NCBI GenBank assembly: GCA_044868695.1
Contig: JBIOWP010000053.1
Span: forward strand, 9,465-73,464
Direction: 5' to 3'
DNA: 64,000 nt
Origin: a bacterium
Lineage (GTDB): Bacteria > Sysuimicrobiota > Sysuimicrobiia > Sysuimicrobiales > Kaftiobacteriaceae
Shown here: positions 1 through 9,740 of the stretch, piece by piece
Layout of the letters: each line of letters begins with the position of its first letter
Position numbering within the stretch: the first letter of the stretch is position 1
Made by a program: the position numbers and the translations under genes
Notes under the pieces: generated by a model
What the model was told of the DNA's origin: nothing
What the model saw: only the letters and a program-made list of their open reading frames with translations
Databases searched by the model: none

Positions 1-1
1 C

Positions 2-1054
2 GGCTGGCGGCGCGACCCGCGGTGCGAGGTCACCGTGGTGTGCGACGTGATCCAGGATCGCGCCGGCGCCCTGGCCGCCGAATTCGGCATCTCGCGGGCC
101 AGCGGCGACTGGCGCGCCGTCGTCGCCGACCGCTCGCTCGATGTGATCGACGTCGCCACCCCGTCCCATACCCACTTCGAGCTGGTCATGGCGGCGCTGG
201 AAGCGGGCAAGCACGTCCTGTGCGAGAAGCCGGTCGCCTATGACTTCCGCGAGACCCAGCGCGCCGCCGACCTGGCCAGATCACGCGGGCTCTTGACTAA
301 GATGGGGTTTACGTTTCGCTACAGCCCGGGCGTGCAGTACGCCAAATCACTGATTGACGAAGGGTTTGTGGGGCAGCCCTTCATCTTTAATGGATACGAA
401 CAGAACTCTCAATGGCTCAATCCGGCCACCCCGCTCCGGCAGGTCGACCATACCGCCGACCCGTCCATCCTGCAGACCTCCTCCCTGGAAGGGTACGGCG
501 CCCCGATCATCGACATCGGGATGTGGTGGGTCGGGGCGCGCTACGCGCGAACCGCGGGGATCATGCGCAACTTCATCCCCCGCCGCATGGTGCGCGCGAC
601 AGGGACCATGATGCGGATGAACATCGACGATGGAGACATCCACCTGGTGGAATACGCCAACGGCGCGATCGGATCAATCCAGACATCGTTCGTGACCGTC
701 GGCAACTACCCCGGGGTCGAGGCGCGCCTGTATGGCAGCGCCGGGGCCATTATCTGCCGCCTCGTCGAGGAGGCCGGCGTCGCCGAAACCGTGCGTCTCG
801 CCACCCCGGACGCGGTGGAATTCAAGGACGTGGAGATCCCGCAGCGCTTCTATCCAACCGGGGGCCATCCCCGTGAGTCCTGGCGGTCGCTCTTCTACGC
901 CAACCTGATCCGGGACTTCGCCGACGAGATCCTGGACGGCTCGGGCCGCAATCAGGGCAACTTCGAGGACGGCGCCCGGGTGCAGGAAGCCATCAACGCG
1001 GTCGAACGTGCGCACCATCACGGGGGCTGGATCGCCCTGCCCCTGGATCGGTGA
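2..1054 (+). CDS. Gfo/Idh/MocA family NAD(P)-dependent oxidoreductase (5' end outside window)
   Basis: Long ORF in frame 2 running in from the window start. HVLCEKP motif and the C-terminal alpha/beta domain typical of Gfo/Idh/MocA; the N-terminal Rossmann part is missing. Confidence 0.75.
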   Translation, partial: GWRRDPRCEVTVVCDVIQDRAGALAAEFGISRASGDWRAVVADRSLDVIDVATPSHTHFELVMAALEAGKHVLCEKPVAYDFRETQRAADLARSRGLLTKMGFTFRYSPGVQYAKSLIDEGFVGQPFIFNGYEQNSQWLNPATPLRQVDHTADPSILQTSSLEGYGAPIIDIGMWWVGARYARTAGIMRNFIPRRMVRATGTMMRMNIDDGDIHLVEYANGAIGSIQTSFVTVGNYPGVEARLYGSAGAIICRLVEEAGVAETVRLATPDAVEFKDVEIPQRFYPTGGHPRESWRSLFYANLIRDFADEILDGSGRNQGNFEDGARVQEAINAVERAHHHGGWIALPLDR

Positions 1055-1055
1055 C

Positions 1056-2750
1056 GTGGGGACACCCGGCGCGGCGGACCGCGCCCCGGTCCAGGACGCC
1101 CTTTCCGCATTCTTCGAGTGGTATTATCGGGCGTATCCGGTCAACGCCACGTTTGTGGGCATCCACAACTACGACGATCGCCTGCCCGACAGTTCCCCGC
1201 AGGGGATCGAGGACAGGCTGGCTGCGATCGACGGGCTGCTGGTCCAGTTCCACCGCCTCGACGACACGTCGCTGAGCCAGCGTCAGGCCCTTGACCGCCG
1301 GCTGGCCGCCGGCGCCCTGGAGATCAAGCGCTGGGAGCATCAGTCCGATCACTTCTACCACAGCAACCCCTGCGTCTACACGGGCGAGGCGATTTTCGGG
1401 GTGCTGGCGCTGTTCCTGCGTACCTTCGCGCCGCTGCCCGAGCGCACCGACGCCGCCGTCGGGCGGATGTTGGCGATTCCCGCATTCCTGCAGCAGGCCG
1501 CGAGAACGCTGCGCCGCGCCCACCCGAGCTGGATCGAGCGCGCGCGGCGTGAGGTCACCGGCGCGGTGGCGTTCTTCGAGGGCGGCGTGGAGCGGCTCAT
1601 CCGCGACGAAGGGGCGGCCCATCCGCGGCTGCGCGAGGCGGCGGAGGCAGCCGCGACGGCGTTCAAAGCATTTCAGGACTACCTGGACACCGATCTCTCC
1701 CGCAGGCGACCGGGGAGGGCTGCCTGCGGACGCGAGGCGCTGGATCTGCTCCTCCGGCAAGGGCACTTTCTCCCCGCGACGGCGGAGGAGATTGAAGCGT
1801 TGGGCGAGGCCCGTTTCGCCGCCGCGCAGGGCGAACTCGAGTCGCGCGCCGGTGCGCTGGGGACCGCGTCCTGGCAGGACGCGCTGGCGCATCTGGCCGA
1901 CCGGCACCCGCCCGCGGGGCGGTACTACGCGCGCTATGCCGAGGTGTGGCAGGAGGCGCGCGAGGCGGCGCTGGCGCACCGGTTGGTCAGCTGGCCTGAC
2001 TATCCGATCCGGTTCGTGCCCCAGCCGGTCTGGGCTCGAGAAGCGGCTCCGCACCTCTACTTTCTGCCGTATCGCGCGCCGGCCGCCTTCGACCCGACTG
2101 CCGAGGTCGAGTACCTGGTGGCGCCGGTAGAACCCGAGATGCCGCCCGCCGAGCAGGAGGGGCGCCTGCGGGGCGCGCACGAGAGCGCGATCAAGCTCAA
2201 CCACGTCATCCACCACGGCGGGCTCGGCCACCACGTGCAAAACTGGTACGCGTATCATGCGGCTGCGTCGCAGATCGGACGGATGGCCGCCGTCGACTGC
2301 GCCAGCCGGATTGCCCTCTTCTGCGGCGGCACGATGGCCGAGGGCTGGGCCTGCTACGCGACCGACCTGATGGAGGAGATCGGTTTCCTGGACCCCTTCG
2401 ATCAACTGGCGGCGTCCCACACGCGGCTCCGCCTGGCGGCGCGGGCCATCGTCGATGTGCGGCTGCACTGCGGACGGTGGACCATCGACGACGCCGCACG
2501 CTACTACCGCGACCAGGTCGGGATGTCCCCGCAGGCCGCAGCCGGCGAGGCGGTTAAGAACAGCATGTTTCCCGGGGCGGCGCTGATGTATCTGGTCGGG
2601 ACCGAGCTTCTCCACGCCCTCAGGCGCGACCAAGCCGCCCGAGATCCGGGGTTCGAGGCGCGAGCGTTCCATGACCGGCTGCTGTCGTTCGGTTCGATCC
2701 CCGTCTCTCTTATCTACGAGGCGATGGCCGGCGCGCCGCCGCGCCTGTAG
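1056..2750 (+). CDS. DUF885 family protein
   Basis: 580-aa ORF. The HHGGLGHHVQNWYAY and GWACYAT segments are typical of DUF885 (putative metallopeptidase-like) proteins. A GTG at 1056 immediately after the upstream stop is the likely start; an internal start is also possible. Confidence 0.7.
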   Translation: MGTPGAADRAPVQDALSAFFEWYYRAYPVNATFVGIHNYDDRLPDSSPQGIEDRLAAIDGLLVQFHRLDDTSLSQRQALDRRLAAGALEIKRWEHQSDHFYHSNPCVYTGEAIFGVLALFLRTFAPLPERTDAAVGRMLAIPAFLQQAARTLRRAHPSWIERARREVTGAVAFFEGGVERLIRDEGAAHPRLREAAEAAATAFKAFQDYLDTDLSRRRPGRAACGREALDLLLRQGHFLPATAEEIEALGEARFAAAQGELESRAGALGTASWQDALAHLADRHPPAGRYYARYAEVWQEAREAALAHRLVSWPDYPIRFVPQPVWAREAAPHLYFLPYRAPAAFDPTAEVEYLVAPVEPEMPPAEQEGRLRGAHESAIKLNHVIHHGGLGHHVQNWYAYHAAASQIGRMAAVDCASRIALFCGGTMAEGWACYATDLMEEIGFLDPFDQLAASHTRLRLAARAIVDVRLHCGRWTIDDAARYYRDQVGMSPQAAAGEAVKNSMFPGAALMYLVGTELLHALRRDQAARDPGFEARAFHDRLLSFGSIPVSLIYEAMAGAPPRL

Positions 2751-2823
2751 GTAGCGGGTCTGCCCACCCGCGCGGGCGGGTAGAGTCAGGGCAGAGAGAC
2801 GTCACCCCCCTGAGGTGAGCGCC

Positions 2824-3066
2824 ATGAAGGGGCGCGAGCAGGCGACCGACCGTCACGGCGTGCCGCTGGCACCCGACCTGCCGGTCAGGGTCCCGGCCGA
2901 CTCCGGCGACCTCGAAGCCCGGATCGTGCGCGTGATCGGCGACTACGGCGTCGCCACCGTCGTGGTTGAGGCGAAGGCCGGGCGGACGGAACGCATGGTT
3001 CCGTGTGCCGAGATTGAGGTGCTCGCCGCCGGCACGGGCCGGCGAGAGCGGCGCAGCGTGGCCTAG
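2824..3066 (+). CDS. hypothetical small protein
   Basis: 80-aa ORF with a GAGGTG RBS 6 nt before the ATG. No recognisable domain. Confidence 0.35.
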   Translation: MKGREQATDRHGVPLAPDLPVRVPADSGDLEARIVRVIGDYGVATVVVEAKAGRTERMVPCAEIEVLAAGTGRRERRSVA

Positions 3067-3072
3067 CCCGCG

Positions 3073-3957
3073 CTACTCGGCGAAATCGCGCAGACGACCT
3101 GCGCGCTCACTCTGGCGGAGCTTGCGCAGCGCGCTTCGCTCAATCTGTCTGATGCGTTCCCGCGTGAGGCCGAACTCGCGCCCGACTTCCTGCAGCGTCT
3201 GAGGGCGCCCCCCGCCCAGGCCGAAGCGCAGCGCCAGCACCCGGCGCTCCCGTGGGGCGAGATCGTCCAGGGCCGTAGCGATCTGCCGTTTCAGCAGCGA
3301 TGCGGCAGCCGCGTCGTCAGGGGATGGGACGCTCGTGTCTTCCAGGAGCTCTCCCAGAGCGCTCTCGCCCGATTCGCCGATCGGTGTATCCAGCGAGACC
3401 GGGTCGTGCATCGCCCGGAGAATCGCGCCGACCTCGTCGGCAGACAGCCGGGTCAGACGGGCGAGATCTTCCGGCGCCGGATCGCGTCCGTGCTCCTGCA
3501 CGAGCCGGCGTGAGGCCGCTCTGATCTTCCCGTACTTCTCGGACACGTGGACGGGAACCCGGATGGTGCGCGCCTGCTCGGCAATGGCCCGGGTGACGGC
3601 CTGCCGGATCCACCACGTGGCGTAGGTGCTAAATTTGAACCCCCTCCGCCAGTCGAACTTCTCGACGGCCCGGATGAGCCCGCGGTTGCCCTCCTGTACG
3701 AGATCCAGCAGGTCGAGCCCCCGTCCGGTATGGCGCTTGGCCACCGACACCACGAGGCGCAGGTTGGCCTCGATGAGGCGGCGCCGGGCGTCCTGGTCGC
3801 CCGTTTCAGCCCGGCGGGCCAGATCGACCTCCTGCTCACGCGTGAGCAGGGGGATGCGGCCGATCTCCTTCAGATAGGCGCCGACGGCATCCGAAACGGC
3901 AGGCCGGGTGGGCTGCTGGCCCCCGGGTGTCACTGGTCCTCTCGTCTCCGCATCCAT
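3073..3957 (-). CDS. RNA polymerase sigma factor, sigma-70 family (RpoD/SigA-like, lacks region 1.1)
   Basis: Regions 1.2/2 ([53 protein letters not shown]), region 3 and region 4.2 HTH ([20 protein letters not shown]) are all present. Confidence 0.9.
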   Translation of the reverse strand: MDAETRGPVTPGGQQPTRPAVSDAVGAYLKEIGRIPLLTREQEVDLARRAETGDQDARRRLIEANLRLVVSVAKRHTGRGLDLLDLVQEGNRGLIRAVEKFDWRRGFKFSTYATWWIRQAVTRAIAEQARTIRVPVHVSEKYGKIRAASRRLVQEHGRDPAPEDLARLTRLSADEVGAILRAMHDPVSLDTPIGESGESALGELLEDTSVPSPDDAAAASLLKRQIATALDDLAPRERRVLALRFGLGGGRPQTLQEVGREFGLTRERIRQIERSALRKLRQSERAGRLRDFAE

Positions 3958-4100
3958 TCACTACACGCTCCGCAGGCCGATTGTCGACTGGGTCTGACCC
4001 CTACGGATAACGTCACCCGGGGTGGGGACATTCCCTCGGCACCAGGCGCCTGCCGACTTGTCCCAGACTACCGGGGGTACAGAGTGAGCGGGGGTGCTCG

Positions 4101-4622
4101 ATGCCGGACGGGGTGCTGGTGGTGATTGGTGTGGTCGTGGGCATGGCGGTGGGGTGGTTCTGGGCCTCGTCCCGTGCCCGCCCGGGGATGGCGAAAGAAC
4201 TCGCCGAATCGAAGGTCCGCGGCGCGCGCGCGGCGGAGCAGGCCAAAGGCGAGGTGGCCGCCGAGCTGGACCGCAAGGAACGGGAGCTGGCCGAGGTCCG
4301 CGGCCAGCTCGAGCAGGATCGGCAGACCCTCGCCAAGATGCAGGCCGAGATGGAGCACGCGCTTGAGCAGAAAGTCCGGCTCATGGAACGCAGCGAGCAG
4401 CTGGGTGCGGAACTGCGGGCCGTTGTCGACGAAAGCTATCGCGACGTGGGGCAGTTCTACGAAATCGGCGCGTCCCTCGAGCACGCGGTTGAGGCGTACA
4501 CCCATGCGGTGGAAGCGGTCGAGGCGCGGTTGCTTGCGGCCACGAAACGCCTGAAGGATCTCGCCGTGTCGATCAGGCCGTCGGTCGCCGCGTCAGAGCC
4601 CGAGGCATCAACAAAACAGTGA
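4101..4622 (+). CDS. membrane-anchored coiled-coil protein (RmuC N-terminal-like)
   Basis: N-terminal TM helix (VLVVIGVVVGMAVGWFWA) followed by a long Glu/Arg/Ala-rich coiled coil. Only the N-terminal architecture of RmuC-like proteins is present. Confidence 0.5.
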   Translation: MPDGVLVVIGVVVGMAVGWFWASSRARPGMAKELAESKVRGARAAEQAKGEVAAELDRKERELAEVRGQLEQDRQTLAKMQAEMEHALEQKVRLMERSEQLGAELRAVVDESYRDVGQFYEIGASLEHAVEAYTHAVEAVEARLLAATKRLKDLAVSIRPSVAASEPEASTKQ

Positions 4623-4628
4623 CCCTCG

Positions 4629-6155
4629 CTAGAATTCACGCCGCGCGGCCCACCAGACCGACCAGTCAGTCCGGGTTTGGCCGGTGACGTGAGAGGCGTT
4701 GGCGACCTCAGCCCACGTGACGCTGATCTCCTGCTGGAAGCCGGTGGGGCGCGGCATCCACGCGTAGTGCAGGCGCCACGCCTGGGTGGTTTCGATCACG
4801 CCTGAAAGATACAGATTCGACCAGGCGTCGGTGGGATCGGTGAAGGTCTGACCCAGCTGCCCTTCGCCCTTTCGCACGAGATCGAATCCCACACGCAGTA
4901 TCGCACCCGCGCCGAGATCCCGCGCCAGCTCCGCCGTCCACAGCTCGCAGTCCGGTGCGCACCAGTGTCCCACGGCCCGGCCGTTGCGGACGTAGTTGTT
5001 CATCCCACCGGCGGTGGCGTAGATCCAATTCGTTGCCCGGGTGTGTTCTACGCGGAGGGTCGTGAGCCCGTTCCCAAGGAGATTCCCCACGAATACACCT
5101 GCGGTCGCCCCGCCCAGGGTAGGCAGCGCGGACCCTCCGGTGGACAGATCATCTACGTAACCTTCCCCGTACAGAGTGATCCCGCGGCTCACACGCCAGT
5201 CGAAGTCGAAACCGACGTTGTAGTTGTCGGCCAGTCCCATCTGCTGCTGGCGGACCCACAGGCCCAGCCCGTAGGTCAGGAACGGCAGCGGGTTCAGCAG
5301 GTACGGCGAGTAGACGTCGCCGGATGCCACCATCACTTCGCTGAGCCCCAACCGCAGGCCGTCGGCGGCCAGCCAGTCCACCCGCATGCCGTAGAGGGTA
5401 CGCTGATCGGGGAGGCTCAGCGGCGCCGCCAGCTTGACGAGACGCAGCCGTTCCCATTCAGCGGAGACCCGCAGCGTCTCAATCGTCCCCGCGTTGTCGG
5501 AGATGAGGAAGGCCCCCCGGGAGCCCGGTCCCCACCAGTGCGTCATGGTGCCGGTCTGGACCAGGATGTCCGGTCCGCCTGCGCTCACATACACGCGGTC
5601 GACCAGCGGCGGCGCAGGCTCTGGCAGCAGGGGCTGCCGGACGGTTGCCCCCATCGTGAGCCACGGCCCCAGGCCGAAGGTCCCATCGATCTCGAAACGG
5701 AGCGTGCTGCCCTGCGGTGGGAGGAACCACGGCGGTGCCCCCGACTCGACCCGCCACACCAGCGCACGATTCAATCGCACACCCCACCCGGTAATGGCCA
5801 TGGCCGACGGCCCCTGGGGCGGTTCGACGACGCGGTACCCAAGCAGCGCGAGTTCATCGGAGAACTCCAGGACGAGACGCTCGAGGATGTTCACCCCGGC
5901 CTGGTCCGCAGCATTTCTGTCCGCACCGATCCGGTCCAGTGACCGCGCGATGATGCGAGACACTTCCAGACGGGTCAGCGGTCTGGTCGAGACCGCCCAC
6001 AGGGGGGCGAGGCCGGCCGCCGCAAGCCGGTAGAGGTCAACATAGACGGGGCTGTCAGAGGGGATGATCTCGAGGGAGTGCGCCGATGCGCCCGGTGCGA
6101 TCAGCGTCAGCGCGAGACAGGCGGCGGCCAGCACCCGCGGCCATGGACACCGCAT
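4629..6155 (-). CDS. outer-membrane beta-barrel protein, capsule-assembly Wzi-like (possibly PEP-CTERM-locus OMP)
   Basis: Signal peptide (LALTLIAPGASA), Gly/Tyr/Trp-rich beta-strand-like sequence and a C-terminal Phe. Convergent with the adjacent Wza-like export gene. Confidence 0.5.
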   Translation of the reverse strand: MRCPWPRVLAAACLALTLIAPGASAHSLEIIPSDSPVYVDLYRLAAAGLAPLWAVSTRPLTRLEVSRIIARSLDRIGADRNAADQAGVNILERLVLEFSDELALLGYRVVEPPQGPSAMAITGWGVRLNRALVWRVESGAPPWFLPPQGSTLRFEIDGTFGLGPWLTMGATVRQPLLPEPAPPLVDRVYVSAGGPDILVQTGTMTHWWGPGSRGAFLISDNAGTIETLRVSAEWERLRLVKLAAPLSLPDQRTLYGMRVDWLAADGLRLGLSEVMVASGDVYSPYLLNPLPFLTYGLGLWVRQQQMGLADNYNVGFDFDWRVSRGITLYGEGYVDDLSTGGSALPTLGGATAGVFVGNLLGNGLTTLRVEHTRATNWIYATAGGMNNYVRNGRAVGHWCAPDCELWTAELARDLGAGAILRVGFDLVRKGEGQLGQTFTDPTDAWSNLYLSGVIETTQAWRLHYAWMPRPTGFQQEISVTWAEVANASHVTGQTRTDWSVWWAARREF

Positions 6156-6172
6156 CTACCGGTCGGGCCCGA

Positions 6173-7249
6173 TCATCGCAGGGCGATGACGAGATCCGCG
6201 GTCACACCCAGCAGCAGCGCGACGTTTTCTATCGCCACAGGATTCTCCGGGACATAGAGCACGTCGCCGCGCTGCAACGAGACGTCGCGAGAGACATCAC
6301 CCTCACGAACGACCTTCCAGAGATCGACCGGGATGACTCTAATGGCGGCGCTCTCGCGGGCAACAACCACCGTGTTCAGCGAGACAGTAGACGTCGGGGG
6401 CTGCGTTCGTTCGCGCCTGATGATCGAGGACCGATTCAGCATGGCCCGCCGGGTTGGGCCCCCGGCCAGCGTCAGGGCCTGGAGCGCGGTGAGCGACCCG
6501 CGGACCGGCAACACTCCCGGCCGCTCCACCTGCCCCAGGACGTAGATGCGGGCCGTGGCATCTTCGGGAACCACGACGGAATCTCCCGACAACAGGGGCA
6601 GATTGAGCGAGAGGTCACCGCGCAAGAGGAGCCGTTCGAGGTCGATCAGCACCGGCGGAGCCTGCCCGCGCAACAGCCGGACTTCTCCGAGGCCGGCGTC
6701 GGGCGCCAGCCCCTCCGCGGCGGCGAGCGCGTCGAGGATCGTGGCGCCCGGTGCCAGCGCCACCACCCCGGGCCGCCGCACCTGTCCGAGCACGGACACC
6801 CGCACCCGGTGGAATGTGCGCACGATGACGGCGACTTGCGGCTCCCGGACGAATGTCGAAAACAGCTGAGTCAGCCGCTGGCGGAGCTGTTCTGGGGTCA
6901 AGCCGGCTGCCCGCACGTCCCCCACCAGGGGAAGGGAGATCACTCCGTCCGGCCGTATGATAACGATACGGGAAATCTCCGGATTGCGGAAGACAACGAT
7001 CTCGATCTCATCTTCACTTGCCAGGACATACGGCTCCTGGGCGACGGCCGGGGCTAATGGGGGGGTCATGAACATTGAGACCAGGACCAGGAACGCCAGG
7101 GTTGATCGCCAGGGCACGGGTGCACCCTCCGCTGCGTACTGGTCAGAGGATAGGGACCATCCTCCCAGGGGAGGAATCAGGTAGAATCCGGATGCGTATC
7201 GGGGAAAATCCCCTACGCCCCTACCAATCCTGGCTCCAAAGAGCCGCAT
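6173..7249 (-). CDS. polysaccharide export protein (Wza/KpsD family, Poly_export + SLBB repeats)
   Basis: PYVLASEDEIEIVVF...PDGVISLPLVGDV matches the Poly_export core. Two soluble-ligand-binding beta-grasp repeats follow (GQVRRPGV, GQVERPGV). The true start is probably internal, giving a signal peptide (LAFLVLVSMF...AVAQ). Confidence 0.8.
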   Translation of the reverse strand: MRLFGARIGRGVGDFPRYASGFYLIPPLGGWSLSSDQYAAEGAPVPWRSTLAFLVLVSMFMTPPLAPAVAQEPYVLASEDEIEIVVFRNPEISRIVIIRPDGVISLPLVGDVRAAGLTPEQLRQRLTQLFSTFVREPQVAVIVRTFHRVRVSVLGQVRRPGVVALAPGATILDALAAAEGLAPDAGLGEVRLLRGQAPPVLIDLERLLLRGDLSLNLPLLSGDSVVVPEDATARIYVLGQVERPGVLPVRGSLTALQALTLAGGPTRRAMLNRSSIIRRERTQPPTSTVSLNTVVVARESAAIRVIPVDLWKVVREGDVSRDVSLQRGDVLYVPENPVAIENVALLLGVTADLVIALR

Positions 7250-7256
7250 GGATATG

Positions 7257-7298
7257 GGGTATTTTCCGGTATCCGATTCAGGTCTTTACCTGATTCGG
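7257..7298 (+). promoter_or_regulatory. recurrent promoter-like motif, copy A (GGGTATTTTCC-N13-GGTCTT-TACCTGATTCGG)
   Basis: Sequence motif shared with copies at 11693, 13221, 13771, 15941, 17496 and 18737. Lies about 55 nt upstream of rsbR. Confidence 0.5.
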
Positions 7299-7353
7299 TT
7301 GGACACCGGTCGGTGAAATGTTATTGAAGAATCGCCGCCGAAGGAGGCCTGCC

Positions 7354-8271
7354 ATGCCTGATGCTGAAACGAGCGCGGTTGTGACCCCCGTGCCGCGAGA
7401 TGAGTCCACGACGGCGCTGCTGCGAGAGCTCGTGGCGCACCTTCGCCAGAGCCGGACCCAGCCCCGTGAGGAGTGGGCCCGGCGCATTACTGAAGCGAAA
7501 CTGCTGACCGCGATGAGCCCGGAAGAGGTGTTCGCCGAAGCCACGGCCGTGTACGACAACTACCTGGAAGCGCTGGAGACGGGGTCCATCGAGGCGCTGG
7601 AGACATACGCGAGAAACCTGTCGGAGCGGATCATCCCGCGGGGCGTCGAGACGCACGAGGTCGTGGGTATCGTCCTCCTGCTCCGCGACGTGCTGGCGCG
7701 GTCGCTGTTCGCGAAGTACCGCCGGGACTTTGACCAGTTGAACAGCATCCTCGACGCGTACGAGCCGGCGGCCAACCGGATCGCCATTACCGTGTCCGTC
7801 GGCTTTGTCCAAGAGCGCGAGCGCGTCATCCGCCAGCAGCAGGAAGCGATACGGGAACTGTCCACGCCGGTCCTGCCCGTGCGGGAACGCCTGCTGATCC
7901 TTCCAATTATTGGTATCATCGATCCACAGCGCGCGCGCCAGCTGACCGAACAGCTGCTGCGCGGCATTCGCGTGAACCGCGCGAAGGTCGTCGTGATGGA
8001 CATCACGGGCGTCCCGGCGATGGATGCCACGGTCGCGAACCACCTGGTGCAGACGGTGGAAGCGGCACGGCTGCTGGGGGCCATCGTCATCGTGACGGGC
8101 CTCGCCCCGGAGATCGCGCAGACCCTCGTCAACATCGGCGTGGATCTCAGCAAGATCATCACCGTCGGCGACATGCAGGGCGGGATTGAGGAAGCCGAGC
8201 GGCTGTTGGGCTACAAGGTTATGCCGGTCGCCGTCCTTCCGGCCAACGAGGCTCCGGAGGCCACCAGCTAG
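7354..8271 (+). CDS. rsbR: stressosome sensor protein RsbR (N-terminal globin-like domain + STAS)
   Basis: AAGGAGG RBS 7 nt before the ATG. C-terminal STAS domain (LPIIGIIDPQRARQLTEQLL...VVVMDITGVPAMD). Gene order RsbR-RsbS-RsbT-RsbX. Confidence 0.85.
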   Translation: MPDAETSAVVTPVPRDESTTALLRELVAHLRQSRTQPREEWARRITEAKLLTAMSPEEVFAEATAVYDNYLEALETGSIEALETYARNLSERIIPRGVETHEVVGIVLLLRDVLARSLFAKYRRDFDQLNSILDAYEPAANRIAITVSVGFVQERERVIRQQQEAIRELSTPVLPVRERLLILPIIGIIDPQRARQLTEQLLRGIRVNRAKVVVMDITGVPAMDATVANHLVQTVEAARLLGAIVIVTGLAPEIAQTLVNIGVDLSKIITVGDMQGGIEEAERLLGYKVMPVAVLPANEAPEATS

Positions 8272-8285
8272 CGGAGGTTGTCCAA

Positions 8286-8672
8286 ATGCCCGTCCCCATC
8301 CTCAAACAGCGTGACTATCTCATCGCGAGCATCCAGGCCGCGCTCACCGATGAGGACCTCAAGCAGCTGCGCGACGCGCTCGTGGCGCAGGTCGGACAAT
8401 TCCGCTCCCGCGGGGTCATCGTGGACGTGACCGCCCTCGACGTCATGGATTCCTTTGCCGTCCGGACGCTGCGCGACCTCGCGCACATGACGCGGCTGCG
8501 GGGGGCGGAAACGGTCATCGTGGGCATTCAGCCCGAGGTGGCCTTCGCGATGACGCAGTTAGGCCTGAAGCTTGAAGGGGTGGCCGCCGCCTTGGATCTG
8601 GAAGAGGGGCTGGCATATCTTGACCGTCGGGGCAAGCGAGCCGGAGTTCATGGGCCTCGGCCCATGAACTGA
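8286..8672 (+). CDS. rsbS: stressosome scaffold protein RsbS (STAS domain)
   Basis: 128-aa single STAS domain (GVIVDVTALDVMDS...) immediately after rsbR. GGAGG RBS. Confidence 0.85.
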   Translation: MPVPILKQRDYLIASIQAALTDEDLKQLRDALVAQVGQFRSRGVIVDVTALDVMDSFAVRTLRDLAHMTRLRGAETVIVGIQPEVAFAMTQLGLKLEGVAAALDLEEGLAYLDRRGKRAGVHGPRPMN

Positions 8673-8677
8673 TCCCC

Positions 8678-9136
8678 GTGATCTTACGTCCCAGCGCGGA
8701 TGGCGCGACACCCGTGACCGACGAAGGGCGCTCGGACACCTGGCAGGTGGTCGTCCCGATCACATCGGATCTTGACATCGTGGCCGCCCGGCAGCGCGGG
8801 CGGGTGCTGGCGCTTGACCTCGGCTACTCCGCGACGGAAGCCACGCTGGTCGCCACCGCCATCTCGGAACTGGCCCGGAACATCGTGTTGTACGCCAAAC
8901 GGGGTCAGATCGCCCTGACGAGCGCCAACGACGGCAGCCGGCGAGGGATCGTCATCGTCGCGCGCGACGACGGACCGGGGATCGCGGACGTGTCCCGGGT
9001 CACCGTGGGCGGGTACTCCACCTCGGGCGGTCTGGGCCTCGGATTGTCCGGCGTCCGGCGGTTGATGGACGAATTTGAGATTTCCAGCCAGGTGGGCAAG
9101 GGGACAACGGTGACGGTCAAGAGCTGGAAACGCTGA
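8678..9136 (+). CDS. rsbT: stressosome serine kinase RsbT (GHKL/HATPase_c anti-sigma-factor-like kinase)
   Basis: 152 aa with N and G boxes of the HATPase_c fold (ELARNIVLYA, ARDDGPGI, GGLGLGLSGVRRL). Position after rsbS. Confidence 0.85.
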   Translation: MILRPSADGATPVTDEGRSDTWQVVVPITSDLDIVAARQRGRVLALDLGYSATEATLVATAISELARNIVLYAKRGQIALTSANDGSRRGIVIVARDDGPGIADVSRVTVGGYSTSGGLGLGLSGVRRLMDEFEISSQVGKGTTVTVKSWKR

Positions 9137-9143
9137 GGGCGCC

Positions 9144-9740
9144 GTGATTGAGTGGGGCGCCGCGACGTTCACCCTCCGGGGGCAGGTCGAATCCGGCGAC
9201 CGCCATGTGGTGGCGCCGTTCGGCCCCGGGGTCCTTGTGGCCGCCATCGACGGTCTGGGGCATGGCGATGGGGCGGCCGAGGCCGCTTCGCGTGCCGCGA
9301 ACGTCCTGGAGGATGTGTCCGCCGAGTCGGTGATCGCCCTGGTCCGCCGCTGCCACGAGTCGCTGCGGCGGACGCGCGGAGTGGTGATGAGCCTCGCCTC
9401 GTTCCACGCGCCCGACGACACGATGACGTGGTTGGGCGTGGGCAACGTCGAGGGGCGACTGCTGCGCGCCGCCCGGGACTCGAATCCCCCACTTGAAACG
9501 CTCCTCCTCCGGGGCGGGGTGGTGGGGAACCAGCTCCCGCCGTTGCAGGCTGCCCTGCTGTCCGTCGCCCCGGGGGATGTGCTGGTGCTGGCGACGGACG
9601 GGGTCGCCCTGCCGCCGGTTCCCGAGGTCGGCCTCCACGACCGCCCGCAATCGATCGCGGAGAGGATTCTCGGCCGGCAGAAGAAAGAAACCGATGACGC
9701 GCTGGTGCTGGTGGTGCGGTGGGTGGGTCTGCCACGATGA
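9144..9740 (+). CDS. rsbX: PP2C-type phosphatase, RsbX-like (stressosome reset phosphatase)
   Basis: 198 aa with PP2C/SpoIIE motifs (DGLGHGDGAA, LVLATDGV). Same size and position as Bacillus RsbX. Confidence 0.75.
   Translation: MIEWGAATFTLRGQVESGDRHVVAPFGPGVLVAAIDGLGHGDGAAEAASRAANVLEDVSAESVIALVRRCHESLRRTRGVVMSLASFHAPDDTMTWLGVGNVEGRLLRAARDSNPPLETLLLRGGVVGNQLPPLQAALLSVAPGDVLVLATDGVALPPVPEVGLHDRPQSIAERILGRQKKETDDALVLVVRWVGLPR

Noticed and set aside
993-2672. 559-aa minus-strand ORF antisense to the DUF885 gene
   Set aside because: It is Arg/Pro/Gly-rich low-complexity translation typical of antisense frames in high-GC DNA, and the sense-strand product has recognisable family motifs.
2751-2823. 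GC-rich inverted repeat (CCCACCCGC...GCGGGCGGG) after the DUF885 gene as a terminator
   Set aside because: The loop is too short, a mismatch interrupts the stem, and no T-run follows. It may still be a weak structural element.
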